From an uncultured bacterium (GTDB lineage Bacteria > Muiribacteriota > Ozemobacteria > Ozemobacterales > Ozemobacteraceae), in assembly GCA_964474705.1 (NCBI GenBank), contig CAYYUI010000005.1, positions 41,965 to 105,964 on the forward strand: 64,000 nucleotides of DNA, in the 5' to 3' direction. The notes beneath the pieces are model-generated. The model made no database searches. It saw nothing but the letters and a program-made list of their open reading frames with translations, and was not told the DNA's origin. A program made the translations under genes and the position numbers. Shown in pieces: positions 1 to 8,972 of this stretch; the first letter of the stretch is position 1; every line of letters starts with the position of its first letter.

Positions 1-21
1 AAGAATCAATATTCTTGTCAT

Positions 22-2226
22 TTATTGTTCGGGCCTCAGTCTCGTATTTTGTTGCTGGCGAATGCGGTTGTCATAGTCGATGAATTCGCTGCACCAGGTC
101 AGCATGTCCTGGCGCAGAGTATAATGCTGTTCGATGCTTTCGGCAAAGTTTTCGTTGGCGAGAATTCGCTCGAGTTGACGCCGTGCGCGCAGAAATACTG
201 ACTGACCCCGGGAAATGAGCATCATGAAGTCATCAGACCTTGACCTGGTGAGAAGTGAAGAATGCATGACGGTTTCTGCCAGCACGGCGATTGCAAGGTT
301 GCGCTCGCGGACAGCCTGATGAATGCGTATTTCACCTGGCTGCGGCGGCGGGTTAAGATGGGTGCTGACACGGTTGAGGATTTCGTTGCCGGCAAGAGCC
401 ATGAGAAAAATATGCGACTGCAGAAGTCTTTCGGGCTCGGCGTTAAAGGCTTCGCGGTCGAGATCGTTTATCAGGTGATAGAGATTCTGGCTTTCGATAC
501 TGAACAGGTTCAGAGGAACACTGCCATCAGTTTTGTTGTTAATATTTTTGAGAGGCTTGCGCCGGCATTCGCAGAGCATTTCGTCCATAGCTGTGAGTGT
601 GGGACCATGCTTGAACGGGTGTGGCTGGCGGCGGGTGGCGGATGCCGGTTGTTGATGAACCTCAGGAGAGCTGTTTCTGCTGTTCTTTACTTCGGGAGCG
701 GGTGAGGTTGATTTAGCAGCGGCGGGGCCGGTTTCAGAGGTGGAAGTGGCGGCCGGTTGACGGGCCAGAATCTGTGACCGGTTATATCTGGCGGCGGCAT
801 AGAGCATACCGGCATAGATTGCGGCGATAAGAACCCCGGAGAGATTGCCGACATAGAAATATTGTCCGGGAATAGCCTGAAATTTCGCGAGGATGAAGAG
901 CATGCCATCAAGAACGAGCGAAAGGCCCGGAGCGACAAGAATCGCTGCGGCCGGCCAGAAAATAGCCAGAAATGCGGTTATAAAGGCAACGGGCAGAATA
1001 TAACTGAATGACCAGACAATCAGAGGGTTGACCAGCAGGGCCGAAGTTGAAACGGTTCCGAAGAGAAATGCCGTCATTGGCATGGTTCCAAAGCCGGCTG
1101 CCATAGATATGGCGAGATATCTGGCCAGAATATCAGGGAAATAGAAGCGTTTGCAGGCGTCTTCAAAGGGGCCTCGCAGGAAAACTATACTGATGACTGC
1201 GGTGAAACTGAGCTGGAACGCAATGTTGCTTATCAGCTGCGGGTTGATCAACAGCAGCAGAAATGCTGCGATGGCAACCGGCCTTACTGGCGATGGATAC
1301 GCTTCGATATGAAGAACTATGGTAACGCACAGGTACATGATGAACGCACGCCAGATAGATGGGCTGCCGACGGTAGTCAGAGAGTAAAAGAGCAGAAAAA
1401 AACCGATCATGATGCTGCGGGATATCGGTGGGATTTTGAACCAGTGAAGAACAGCGGCGAGAAAAACAATCAGAACCATTATGTGCTGCCCGGAAACGGC
1501 AAGAATATGACTTATGCCGGTTTCTCTGAATAACGTTCGGTCTTCACGGCTCAGTTGGCCGGTGTCTCCCAGAACAAGCCCCGTAACAATGCTGGAGTGC
1601 CGAGGAGGCAATACTGTATTCAGACCATCGCGTAATCGCCTTTGTATGCGCCCGGTCAGATTGTATGGCGAAAGATTGCCGGAAATGTTGTTGATACTAT
1701 CAGCATGAAAGACAGGTGGATATCCGGGAGAGCCGATGGAAAAACGCCCGGTGAGTGCAAAGCTCTGTTCAGGTTCCGGGATGATTTCCGGGTGGTTGAG
1801 GCTGCAGTCGACCAGACCAGGGATTGAGACCTTCTGCCCGTTGCTCTCGAAGATGGTATCCGTCATTTTGAATCGGATGCTGCCGGAGCTCTTCATGCTT
1901 AATTCGCCCTTGAATTGCCCTGAGATTGTTCCGCTGCTGCCATCGATTGCCAGAAAATGTGAATAATCAGCAGGCAGCACGATCAGTAAATTGCCGTAGA
2001 AAGCTGCAGACGACAGTGCTGCCATGCCCAGAAAGATGATACGCCACCGGTTGAGGCTTTCTGGGAAAGATAGAAGCAGGCAGATTATAGCTGCTGTCAG
2101 CAGCGCGGCATGCATTCCTGACGGCAGGAGTGAGGCAAGCATCAGCCCGATGCTGAACAGTGCTGAAAAAACCACCAGTATATCGGAAGGGGCGATAAAA
2201 ATGTCTTTGCCGGCATGCTTAACCAT
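22..2226 (-). CDS. comEC: DNA internalization competence protein ComEC/Rec2 (N-terminal membrane + competence domain; C-terminal ~220 aa not MBL-like)
   Basis: Multi-TM N-terminus, DUF4131/competence-domain region (LVLGDTGQLSREDRTLFRETGISHILAVSGQHIMVLIVF), more TM helices, directly downstream of comEA with 8-nt overlap. No HxHxDH metallo-beta-lactamase motif in the C-terminal part. Confidence 0.8.
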   Translation of the reverse strand: MVKHAGKDIFIAPSDILVVFSALFSIGLMLASLLPSGMHAALLTAAIICLLLSFPESLNRWRIIFLGMAALSSAAFYGNLLIVLPADYSHFLAIDGSSGTISGQFKGELSMKSSGSIRFKMTDTIFESNGQKVSIPGLVDCSLNHPEIIPEPEQSFALTGRFSIGSPGYPPVFHADSINNISGNLSPYNLTGRIQRRLRDGLNTVLPPRHSSIVTGLVLGDTGQLSREDRTLFRETGISHILAVSGQHIMVLIVFLAAVLHWFKIPPISRSIMIGFFLLFYSLTTVGSPSIWRAFIMYLCVTIVLHIEAYPSPVRPVAIAAFLLLLINPQLISNIAFQLSFTAVISIVFLRGPFEDACKRFYFPDILARYLAISMAAGFGTMPMTAFLFGTVSTSALLVNPLIVWSFSYILPVAFITAFLAIFWPAAAILVAPGLSLVLDGMLFILAKFQAIPGQYFYVGNLSGVLIAAIYAGMLYAAARYNRSQILARQPAATSTSETGPAAAKSTSPAPEVKNSRNSSPEVHQQPASATRRQPHPFKHGPTLTAMDEMLCECRRKPLKNINNKTDGSVPLNLFSIESQNLYHLINDLDREAFNAEPERLLQSHIFLMALAGNEILNRVSTHLNPPPQPGEIRIHQAVRERNLAIAVLAETVMHSSLLTRSRSDDFMMLISRGQSVFLRARRQLERILANENFAESIEQHYTLRQDMLTWCSEFIDYDNRIRQQQNTRLRPEQ

Positions 2227-2554
2227 CGTGGTTTAGTTTAACCCCGGCTTCTTTAAGAGTTCTGATCTTGCCTGGGCCGATATTTTTGACCCGGTCGTCG
2301 AGATCGCGCCAGTCGAAGAATGGCCTGATCCGACGTTCGTTGATAATCAGGGTTGCAGTTTTCGAACCTATGCCCGGGCAGGCGGCCAGATCTTCGTGCC
2401 CTGACTCATTGATTATTACGTGATCGGGGGCAGCAGGCCCTGATTGTTGAATTTCTGACACGACTGGAAGACGCGAGTTCAGTTTGATGCCGATCTGATG
2501 AGAACCGGCGGCGATGTAATTCTGCAGAGAAACAGAGTCGTAGCCGGTCAGCAT
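2219..2554 (-). CDS. comEA: ComEA-like helix-hairpin-helix DNA-binding competence protein
   Basis: C-terminal tandem HhH motif (LAACPGIGSKTATLIINERRIRPFFDWRDLDDRVKNIGPGKIRTLKEAGVKLN); overlaps comEC start. Frame stays open upstream through a hydrophobic stretch, so the true start may be a non-ATG codon upstream. Confidence 0.8.
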   Translation of the reverse strand: MLTGYDSVSLQNYIAAGSHQIGIKLNSRLPVVSEIQQSGPAAPDHVIINESGHEDLAACPGIGSKTATLIINERRIRPFFDWRDLDDRVKNIGPGKIRTLKEAGVKLNHDG

Positions 2555-2619
2555 GAAAACTGTGCCTGTCAGCAGCGGAATCAGGCAGAGAATGCGAAAA
2601 TTTCTTGCATCGGTTTGGT

Positions 2620-3372
2620 TCAGAGAAAGCAGATGCGCAGCCCTCCCTCAGAATGAACTAACTTTGCCGGCCTGTTTCCAAGGGCTTTGCGCACCTGCCT
2701 GAGTGATTTCAGTTCGCCTATCGGGTTTTCGCCAAACCTTCGCCGGTCAAAGACCTTTTGATTCCAGCCCCCCTGTTCGATTGCAAATCTTACACAGACA
2801 AAATCCGTGAAACCTGCAATCGTTGCCGGCAAATTCTGCCATGAAAAGTCGTTGTGCCCGGCAAAATGCATGGCCAGCAGCGGGGCAAACGGATAAAGAC
2901 AGGCGGTAACCAGAGCTTTTTCCAGCATTCCAAGTTGCAGGCCTGGAGGAGAGATCTTGACCGCATGTTTAAGCTGCGCGAGCGCGGCGGCGGGATTATT
3001 TCTGCCGATCACGTGATCTCTGGTCTGAATGGCAGTCTCAAGCCATGCAGTTGCTGTAAATGAACGCCGGGGCGAACCCAGTTGATGATAGAGCCTGGCG
3101 AGCCATTTGAATGACGGTTCAAGCTCGCTTTCTCCTGCTTCTGAACTTTTGATTATGGATGCAACTCTGCAGGCATCGATGCCATATTCGCTCTGCAGCC
3201 CAGCGTCAAAAGCAATTTGGCATGAAAATGGCGAGATCCAGCCAGGGTTTTTCGCCGACCATAATTGCTCGACCCGCAGTCTGACATCGGCTTCCAGGTT
3301 GGGGCTCGATAGCAAAACAGGCCATTGTCTGGCCTGTTTTTCGATACTGTGTGGATTATACCGCGCGGTCAA
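2620..3372 (-). CDS. hypothetical protein (250 aa, soluble)
   Basis: Long ORF in a same-strand gene array; no motif I can assign. Confidence 0.5.
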   Translation of the reverse strand: MTARYNPHSIEKQARQWPVLLSSPNLEADVRLRVEQLWSAKNPGWISPFSCQIAFDAGLQSEYGIDACRVASIIKSSEAGESELEPSFKWLARLYHQLGSPRRSFTATAWLETAIQTRDHVIGRNNPAAALAQLKHAVKISPPGLQLGMLEKALVTACLYPFAPLLAMHFAGHNDFSWQNLPATIAGFTDFVCVRFAIEQGGWNQKVFDRRRFGENPIGELKSLRQVRKALGNRPAKLVHSEGGLRICFL

Positions 3373-4070
3373 TGGGTAAGCAGGCCCCAGAGCTGCCTGG
3401 TCTTTTCGTTTTCGATGCCGGCATCAGTTGTTGCAAAAAACAACAGTTCCCGCGCCTGGTTGAGTATTTCGGGCTCGCGTAAGGCCTTGCCGCAGGCAAT
3501 GAGAAACCTGATTTCGAAAATGAAAAAGTCCTGGTCGGTCGTAGCGGCATTCTTTTCGACTTCCAGAAGATCTTTCATCGCTTTTTCAATGTCTCCGGCC
3601 TTATAAAGTTCGAGCAGTCCGGTGATTGCCGCAGCAGTTCTGACTGTCTGACTGTTTTCTTTCTGGCGTTCGCGGTCAGTGAGAAGTTTTACAGCTTCTT
3701 CGGCTCTTTTTATCCAGGTGGGGGCAGTTTCAAGTTTGAAAAAACTGTCGTGGGCAATAGATAGACTCATGCTTATGATGACTTCATTCACTTCATCACG
3801 GGTATAGAAAGTATCTGATGCTATTTTGCGGTAAAAATCGACGCTCGCGGTAAATGTTTCCCGCGCTGCAACAAAACTTTTGTAAGCTTCTTCGGGCTTG
3901 CCATTGTTGAAGTCAAGAAAGCCTGATGTAATAAGCTGAGTCTGGGCTTTCTGCTGCCGGCTGCCATGGAAAGCAAAACCGCCGACAGCGATTGCCCCGA
4001 TCAACAGGATCAGGACAATCAATACCAGGGCGATATTGCCGTTTTTTCGTGAATTATTCGCAGTTTTCAT
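3369..4070 (-). CDS. membrane-anchored hypothetical protein (N-terminal TM, helical/TPR-like ectodomain)
   Basis: ATG at 4070 followed by hydrophobic anchor (IALVLIVLILLIGAIAVGGFAF); ORF track start 4133 is probably an over-extension. Confidence 0.5.
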   Translation of the reverse strand: MKTANNSRKNGNIALVLIVLILLIGAIAVGGFAFHGSRQQKAQTQLITSGFLDFNNGKPEEAYKSFVAARETFTASVDFYRKIASDTFYTRDEVNEVIISMSLSIAHDSFFKLETAPTWIKRAEEAVKLLTDRERQKENSQTVRTAAAITGLLELYKAGDIEKAMKDLLEVEKNAATTDQDFFIFEIRFLIACGKALREPEILNQARELLFFATTDAGIENEKTRQLWGLLTH

Positions 4071-5052
4071 CTGGTTCGTCAGAATCAGGTTCGTCCTGAG
4101 GTATGGGCATGTTCGGCTGGGTGTTGGTTTCATGGCGCATTTCGCGGGCCTGGTTTACAAACCAGAGAATGATGCCCTGGGCACTCTGGCTGCCGTAGAT
4201 GATCTGTTCAAGATACTTGTTGCTCTGTTCGAGGTTACCGAGCAGGCGGTTTGCGCCGGCAAGAATATACATTATTTCGAAAACGCGGGACTGCGGAATG
4301 TTTTCTTTGGGAATTCTTGAACCATCCGGCATGAAGGCGTCATCTACCCCGGTGGCCAGATTGGTGATGGTCAGAAAGCTCACTGCTTCCTTGAGATAGG
4401 CCTTTTCGAAGTCGCGGTAAAGCTTCTGCTGTGCCGGATCAGCGGTGCCTTCAGCGGCATCACGGGCAGTCCAGGCAGCGTTCAGATAAGTGTAGCCGAG
4501 CAGGCGGTGATTGGTCTTGCGGGCCTTGCAGCAGATGGCCGCCAGTTCCCATGAACGAATGGCAGCTTCAAGGTCACCATCTCTCTGAAGCTCGTTAAAA
4601 GGCTTTCCTTTGGTCAGAAGATTCCCGGCTACTCTTTCCAGAAGCGGTTTGATCTGCCGCAGAATGGCGATATTGGTTGGCGTGAGTTCACGCAATTTTT
4701 CTGCTTCAACGTCTTTCCAGATTTGCTGACCCGAAGAAGCTGCCTTGACGCGGTTTGCCGCTTCCCATTGGGATTTGTGGTTGTCGAGAAACGCTTTTCG
4801 ACGGGCGTCTTCCTGACTCATCAACGGGCAGAAATATTTGTCTTCGGCTGAATAATAGCAGTTCGGGCAGACACAGACATTGAAATATCTAGGATTGATC
4901 GAGCCAAGATAAACCGGTCGGTAATCTATATCGCGTTTGTCGAGGCTGAACTGCTTTTTCTTGAGTAGATAACGCTTGAACTCCTTGCTACATACTGGAC
5001 AAACTACGTCCTTCGATACAAAAAGTTTTTCGTTTAGAGCCATAAATGCCAC
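4054..5052 (-). CDS. DUF2225-type protein (zinc-ribbon + TPR-like domain)
   Basis: N-terminal CPVC...CPNC zinc-ribbon pattern (VCPVCSKEF...CVCPNCYY) followed by a helical repeat region, typical of the DUF2225 family. Confidence 0.55.
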   Translation of the reverse strand: MAFMALNEKLFVSKDVVCPVCSKEFKRYLLKKKQFSLDKRDIDYRPVYLGSINPRYFNVCVCPNCYYSAEDKYFCPLMSQEDARRKAFLDNHKSQWEAANRVKAASSGQQIWKDVEAEKLRELTPTNIAILRQIKPLLERVAGNLLTKGKPFNELQRDGDLEAAIRSWELAAICCKARKTNHRLLGYTYLNAAWTARDAAEGTADPAQQKLYRDFEKAYLKEAVSFLTITNLATGVDDAFMPDGSRIPKENIPQSRVFEIMYILAGANRLLGNLEQSNKYLEQIIYGSQSAQGIILWFVNQAREMRHETNTQPNMPIPQDEPDSDEPDENCE

Positions 5053-5103
5053 CGTCGTTTCTGGGTAGTATGAACAGAAAATTTATATAACCATAACTTA
5101 ATT

Positions 5104-5850
5104 CTAGAGAATTCGCAACAGTTTATGAACTTGCGGAATCCATCTCACCTGATGAAAATGTGGCTGAAACAGTTGAATCCAGCTGATGATCGTGCCGGTA
5201 TCCCAGTCACTGATATGGGCGGGAAAAAGCGCACAGGGCTGAAGAATCAGGGTGTACTCTTCCGGTTGGAGCCCGGTGATCATTCCCAGAAGTTTTTCTG
5301 GATCGTCGTTCACGTCAATTGCGAGTCGAAAATATGTGTTCTCCGGTGTCGAAGCTTCGATTATCTTTTCCAGTGTCCGACTGCAGCGCAGTGTGTTTCT
5401 GGCTGTTCCGCAGTTGAGATCGATACACCAGTGATCGACCAGACCTGACAGTTTCAAATAGCTTTTGATCGGGGCACCCGCCGTTTGTACGAATGTAGCC
5501 AGACAGTTCTTTTTGAGAATCTGCAGCATGTCTTCGAGAAACTCTGGCTGATGCAAGGGTTCGCTGCCGATAAAAGAGATGCAGAAAAAATCTTTGAGAG
5601 GATAGGTGTCGGAAAGCAGTTGAAAAAGCCTCTCTGCTGAGACCGGGTTGCGGGCATACTGATTTTTTGCTCCAGGCAGGGTTCGCAGAACGAACGTTCT
5701 TTCGTCGGCAGGCTTGTCGTCAAATCTGATGAACAGCTGCATTGTGCCTACAAACAGCCCTTCACCCTGTATCGAGGCAAAAACCTCGCTGATGTTACCC
5801 TTTATTCTTGTCAATTTCTTTTCCCAGGGTTCTGAATAATTCATGTTCAT
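5104..5850 (-). CDS. QueE-like (7-carboxy-7-deazaguanine synthase fold) protein lacking the radical-SAM CxxxCxxC motif
   Basis: N-terminal ISEVFASIQGEGLFVGTMQLFIRF aligns with the QueE signature (EMFQTLQGEGxxxGxPxxFIRLxGC), but the Cys triad is replaced by DDKPADE. Later IGSEP and LQP...H-K-LL-I blocks also match QueE. Confidence 0.55.
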   Translation of the reverse strand: MNMNYSEPWEKKLTRIKGNISEVFASIQGEGLFVGTMQLFIRFDDKPADERTFVLRTLPGAKNQYARNPVSAERLFQLLSDTYPLKDFFCISFIGSEPLHQPEFLEDMLQILKKNCLATFVQTAGAPIKSYLKLSGLVDHWCIDLNCGTARNTLRCSRTLEKIIEASTPENTYFRLAIDVNDDPEKLLGMITGLQPEEYTLILQPCALFPAHISDWDTGTIISWIQLFQPHFHQVRWIPQVHKLLRIL

Positions 5851-7822
5851 CGATAATGGCGATCTTCAGTTGTACTGCTTTGCTCTTTTTGGTCGAGATG
5901 TAACCTTCACCTTCAAGGGAGCCGATGAGCAGATAGTCTGTTTTTGGCGACACCGATGATTTGATCTGGCCGCCGTGTGCCTTGATCGTTTCTTCTATCT
6001 GACGGCGCGGAATTACCGCTTCGCCGGTCACTACAAAAGATTTGCCTTTGAGCTGTTCGCCGGCCTTCCTTTCGGCAAGTTCCTGCTCTGAAGGCCCACG
6101 CCACCAGTTCTGGACGGCTTCTATGAACTGCCGGTTCTGAGGGTTGGCGAGAAATTCGGTGATACAGCCGGCAACTCGTTCCTTGATGCCTTCAATCTGC
6201 ATCAAATCAGCTGCGTTCGTCTGCAGAAAGGCCGTCAGTGACTGGCCGACGCTGGCTGCAATTTTTTCGCTTACCACTATGCCGACGTTCCCGATGCCCA
6301 GGGCAGAAATCAGTCGATACAAAGGTTTGCCGGCAGCAGCACCAATACTGGCAACGATTTTGGCGGCTGACTTTTCACCCATGCGTTCAATCCCTGCCAA
6401 TTCAGCGGTTTTCAGGTTTAGAATGTCTTCGGCATTTTTAACCATGCCGGTTTCAAGCAGGCGATCAACAAGTTGCGGCCCGAAATTCTCAATTTCCATC
6501 TGAGTGATGAAATGAATGATGCGCCTCGCCATAACCCCACGACAGTCGGGGTTTTCACAACGCACAATCGTGGCTTCCTCATCGTTTCTGCTGACGGTGA
6601 TTGCCTGCCCGCATGATGCACAGTTCGCGGGAGGGATTATCTCCTGCTCCTGGCCGCTTCGCATGTCTGGAAGAGCTTCGACAATGTAGGGAATGATATA
6701 ACCTGCCTTCTCGACAACAACCCTGTCACCGATACGGATATCTTTCTCTCTGATCTGGTCGAGATTGTGCAGGGAGGCTCTCGATACCGTTGTGCCGCCA
6801 AGTTCTACCGGCTCAAGATTGGCAACCGGTGTCAGCTGTGAACGCCCAATCTGCCATTCAACTGAAACCAGCGTTGAAACAGCACGTTCCTGAGGATATT
6901 TGTAGGCAATTACCCAGCGTGGTGCCTTGGCTGTGCTGCCAAGCTCCTGCTGCAGTTTCAGATCGTCGATTTTTATTACGATGCCATCGATGTCGAAGTC
7001 AAATTCATGTCTTTTTCCGGCAATCGATGCAATGAATTCACTAATTTCGCCAGACGTGCTGCAGACTTTCCAGGCTTTATTCAGTTTGAAGCCTTGCGCT
7101 TCGAGAAAGTTCAGCGCTTCTGAGTGCCGTCTGAAACCAAGCTCAAAAGCCTGGGCGATCCCGTAGACCATTATCTGCAGACCGCGCCCGGCTGCGACTG
7201 ATGGGTCAAGAGATTTAATGGTGCCGGCCGTCAGATTGCGGCAGTTCTTGAATGGCTCTTCGCCGGCTTCGATCCGCGCCTGGTTGAGTTTTTCCAGGAC
7301 CGGGCGCGGTGTGTATATTTCACCTCTTACATCCATGTCATGACGGCTTTCAATCGCAAGCGGCAGTGATCTGATCGTTCTGACATTGCCGGTGACCAGA
7401 TCGCCCTCCAGGCCGTTGCCGCGGGTAGCTCCCGCCATGAAAGAGCCGTTCCGGTAATTGAAAGTACCCGAAACCCCATCGATCTTAAGTTCGGCGACTA
7501 CCGGAAACGGGCTTCGGCCAAGAAGCTTTTCGCAGCGGTTCAACCAGTCATCGATATCTGCCGGCGAATAGGAATTTTCGATGCTCATCATCGGGACACG
7601 GTGTTGAATTGCAGCAAAGGAAGTTACAGATTCGCCAACCCTCTGGGTCGGTGAATCCGGAGTTACAAGCTCCGGGTGCTGCTTCTCCAGTTCCTGCAGT
7701 TTTGCAAGCAGTCGATCGAATTCCCCATCGGAAATCTCAGGATCGGCTTCGACGTAATAAAGATATTCATGTCGTCTGATCTGTTTTCTGAGGCTCTCCA
7801 GAAGTGTTTTGATGTCTTCCAT
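5795..7822 (-). CDS. ligA: NAD-dependent DNA ligase LigA
   Basis: Adenylation KxDG motif (ELKIDGVSG), Zn-finger cysteines (CASCGQ...CENPDCRG), HhH region, C-terminal BRCT (KSFVVTGEAV...). Likely start is ATG at 7822 (MEDIKTLLESLRKQI). Confidence 0.95.
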   Translation of the reverse strand: MEDIKTLLESLRKQIRRHEYLYYVEADPEISDGEFDRLLAKLQELEKQHPELVTPDSPTQRVGESVTSFAAIQHRVPMMSIENSYSPADIDDWLNRCEKLLGRSPFPVVAELKIDGVSGTFNYRNGSFMAGATRGNGLEGDLVTGNVRTIRSLPLAIESRHDMDVRGEIYTPRPVLEKLNQARIEAGEEPFKNCRNLTAGTIKSLDPSVAAGRGLQIMVYGIAQAFELGFRRHSEALNFLEAQGFKLNKAWKVCSTSGEISEFIASIAGKRHEFDFDIDGIVIKIDDLKLQQELGSTAKAPRWVIAYKYPQERAVSTLVSVEWQIGRSQLTPVANLEPVELGGTTVSRASLHNLDQIREKDIRIGDRVVVEKAGYIIPYIVEALPDMRSGQEQEIIPPANCASCGQAITVSRNDEEATIVRCENPDCRGVMARRIIHFITQMEIENFGPQLVDRLLETGMVKNAEDILNLKTAELAGIERMGEKSAAKIVASIGAAAGKPLYRLISALGIGNVGIVVSEKIAASVGQSLTAFLQTNAADLMQIEGIKERVAGCITEFLANPQNRQFIEAVQNWWRGPSEQELAERKAGEQLKGKSFVVTGEAVIPRRQIEETIKAHGGQIKSSVSPKTDYLLIGSLEGEGYISTKKSKAVQLKIAIIDEHELFRTLGKEIDKNKG

Positions 7823-7823
7823 G

Positions 7824-8972
7824 TCAGTCCACCATCGCCGTGTTGATGAATTGCACTCCTTTATCGGTGCCAATCCAGAGTATATCTCCGCTTGCCGACA
7901 ACTTGCGTATATGTGGGGAAAAATCGCCGGAGCTTGCTGCTATCAGCTGAATCCGCTCGTTTCTTATGCGTGCGAGACCCTCGTCGGTTCCGATCCAGAT
8001 AGCACCACGGTGCGCAATCAGCGTGTTGACGCGATTGCCTGGCAGTCCGTGAATACGTGAATAACTTACGACGTTGGGCATGAAATCGTTGAAGAAACGT
8101 TCGACCGGTGTCGACAGCATCAGAGCACCCCGGGCGGTGCTCAGCCAGATGTTGCGCCCGTCGAAAGCTATATCGGTGATCGGCCTTGAAATTGCCGACC
8201 TGGCATGGTCGACATTTTTCCACAGTTCCGGGTTGGAGGCGGGAAAATTTATATTCCAGATGCTGAGGCCACGATCGTGAGCCGCTAAAAACCAGCCTCC
8301 AACCCGATCGATGTTTCGGCACCAGTTATTACGCAGGCCGTTGTTGGTATTGTGCTCATTCAGGGTTTGAAAGCCGCTGCCGGGTTTCATGAAGGCTGCC
8401 CCGTTCTGAGTGCCCGCCCAGAGGGTCGTTCCATCCCATTTCAGGCTCCAGATAACCTGCGATGGAAGTGTTTCGGATAATTCGGATCTGACAAATCTGC
8501 CGGATTCATTTTGAATACAGAGACCTGATAAGGTGCCGACCCAGACTGATTTGCCGTCAAAAGCCAGGCAACCGGCCTGAGGATATGGAAAGCTTCCGCT
8601 TTCGCTGGAATAGTTCTGCAGCTGTTCCTCATAGATACAGCCGATTCCGGCCTCGTGGGCAACCCAGACCCGTCCTTTTGGGTCGACGAAGATATCGTTG
8701 ACCGGAGGAGTTGGAAAAACCTTGCTGAAGGGCACCGCTAGCGTTCCGGTGGTTTCACGGCTGTCAGTGATGAGTTTTGAGGCTTCACTTATGCCGGTTG
8801 CGGGTTCTGCCTGTTCTGGCAACTGCCCGGCAACGTTTTCCTGGCCTGGCAACTGTTCCTGACGGTTTTCATCCTGACTCTGAATCAACATGAAGACAAT
8901 GGCAATAACGGCAACCGTCAACCAGAAAAGCCAGGCGGCGTTGCGCGGGGTGGTTGCATTAGCGGCGTTCAA
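7824..8972 (-). CDS. membrane-anchored two-component-regulator-propeller (Reg_prop) repeat protein
   Basis: N-terminal TM anchor, then at least six repeats of the xxxVWVGTxxGLxxx type (RVWVAHEAG, SVWVGTLSG, TLWAGTQNG, NIWLSTARG, AIWIGTDEG, ILWIGTDKG). Confidence 0.6.
   Translation of the reverse strand: MNAANATTPRNAAWLFWLTVAVIAIVFMLIQSQDENRQEQLPGQENVAGQLPEQAEPATGISEASKLITDSRETTGTLAVPFSKVFPTPPVNDIFVDPKGRVWVAHEAGIGCIYEEQLQNYSSESGSFPYPQAGCLAFDGKSVWVGTLSGLCIQNESGRFVRSELSETLPSQVIWSLKWDGTTLWAGTQNGAAFMKPGSGFQTLNEHNTNNGLRNNWCRNIDRVGGWFLAAHDRGLSIWNINFPASNPELWKNVDHARSAISRPITDIAFDGRNIWLSTARGALMLSTPVERFFNDFMPNVVSYSRIHGLPGNRVNTLIAHRGAIWIGTDEGLARIRNERIQLIAASSGDFSPHIRKLSASGDILWIGTDKGVQFINTAMVD

Noticed and set aside
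262-2236. Plus-strand ORFs (262..705, 1309..1533, 1514..1708, 1736..1966, 2024..2236) inside comEC
   Set aside because: Antisense to a well-supported long ComEC ORF; short, no motifs; typical GC-rich antisense open frames.
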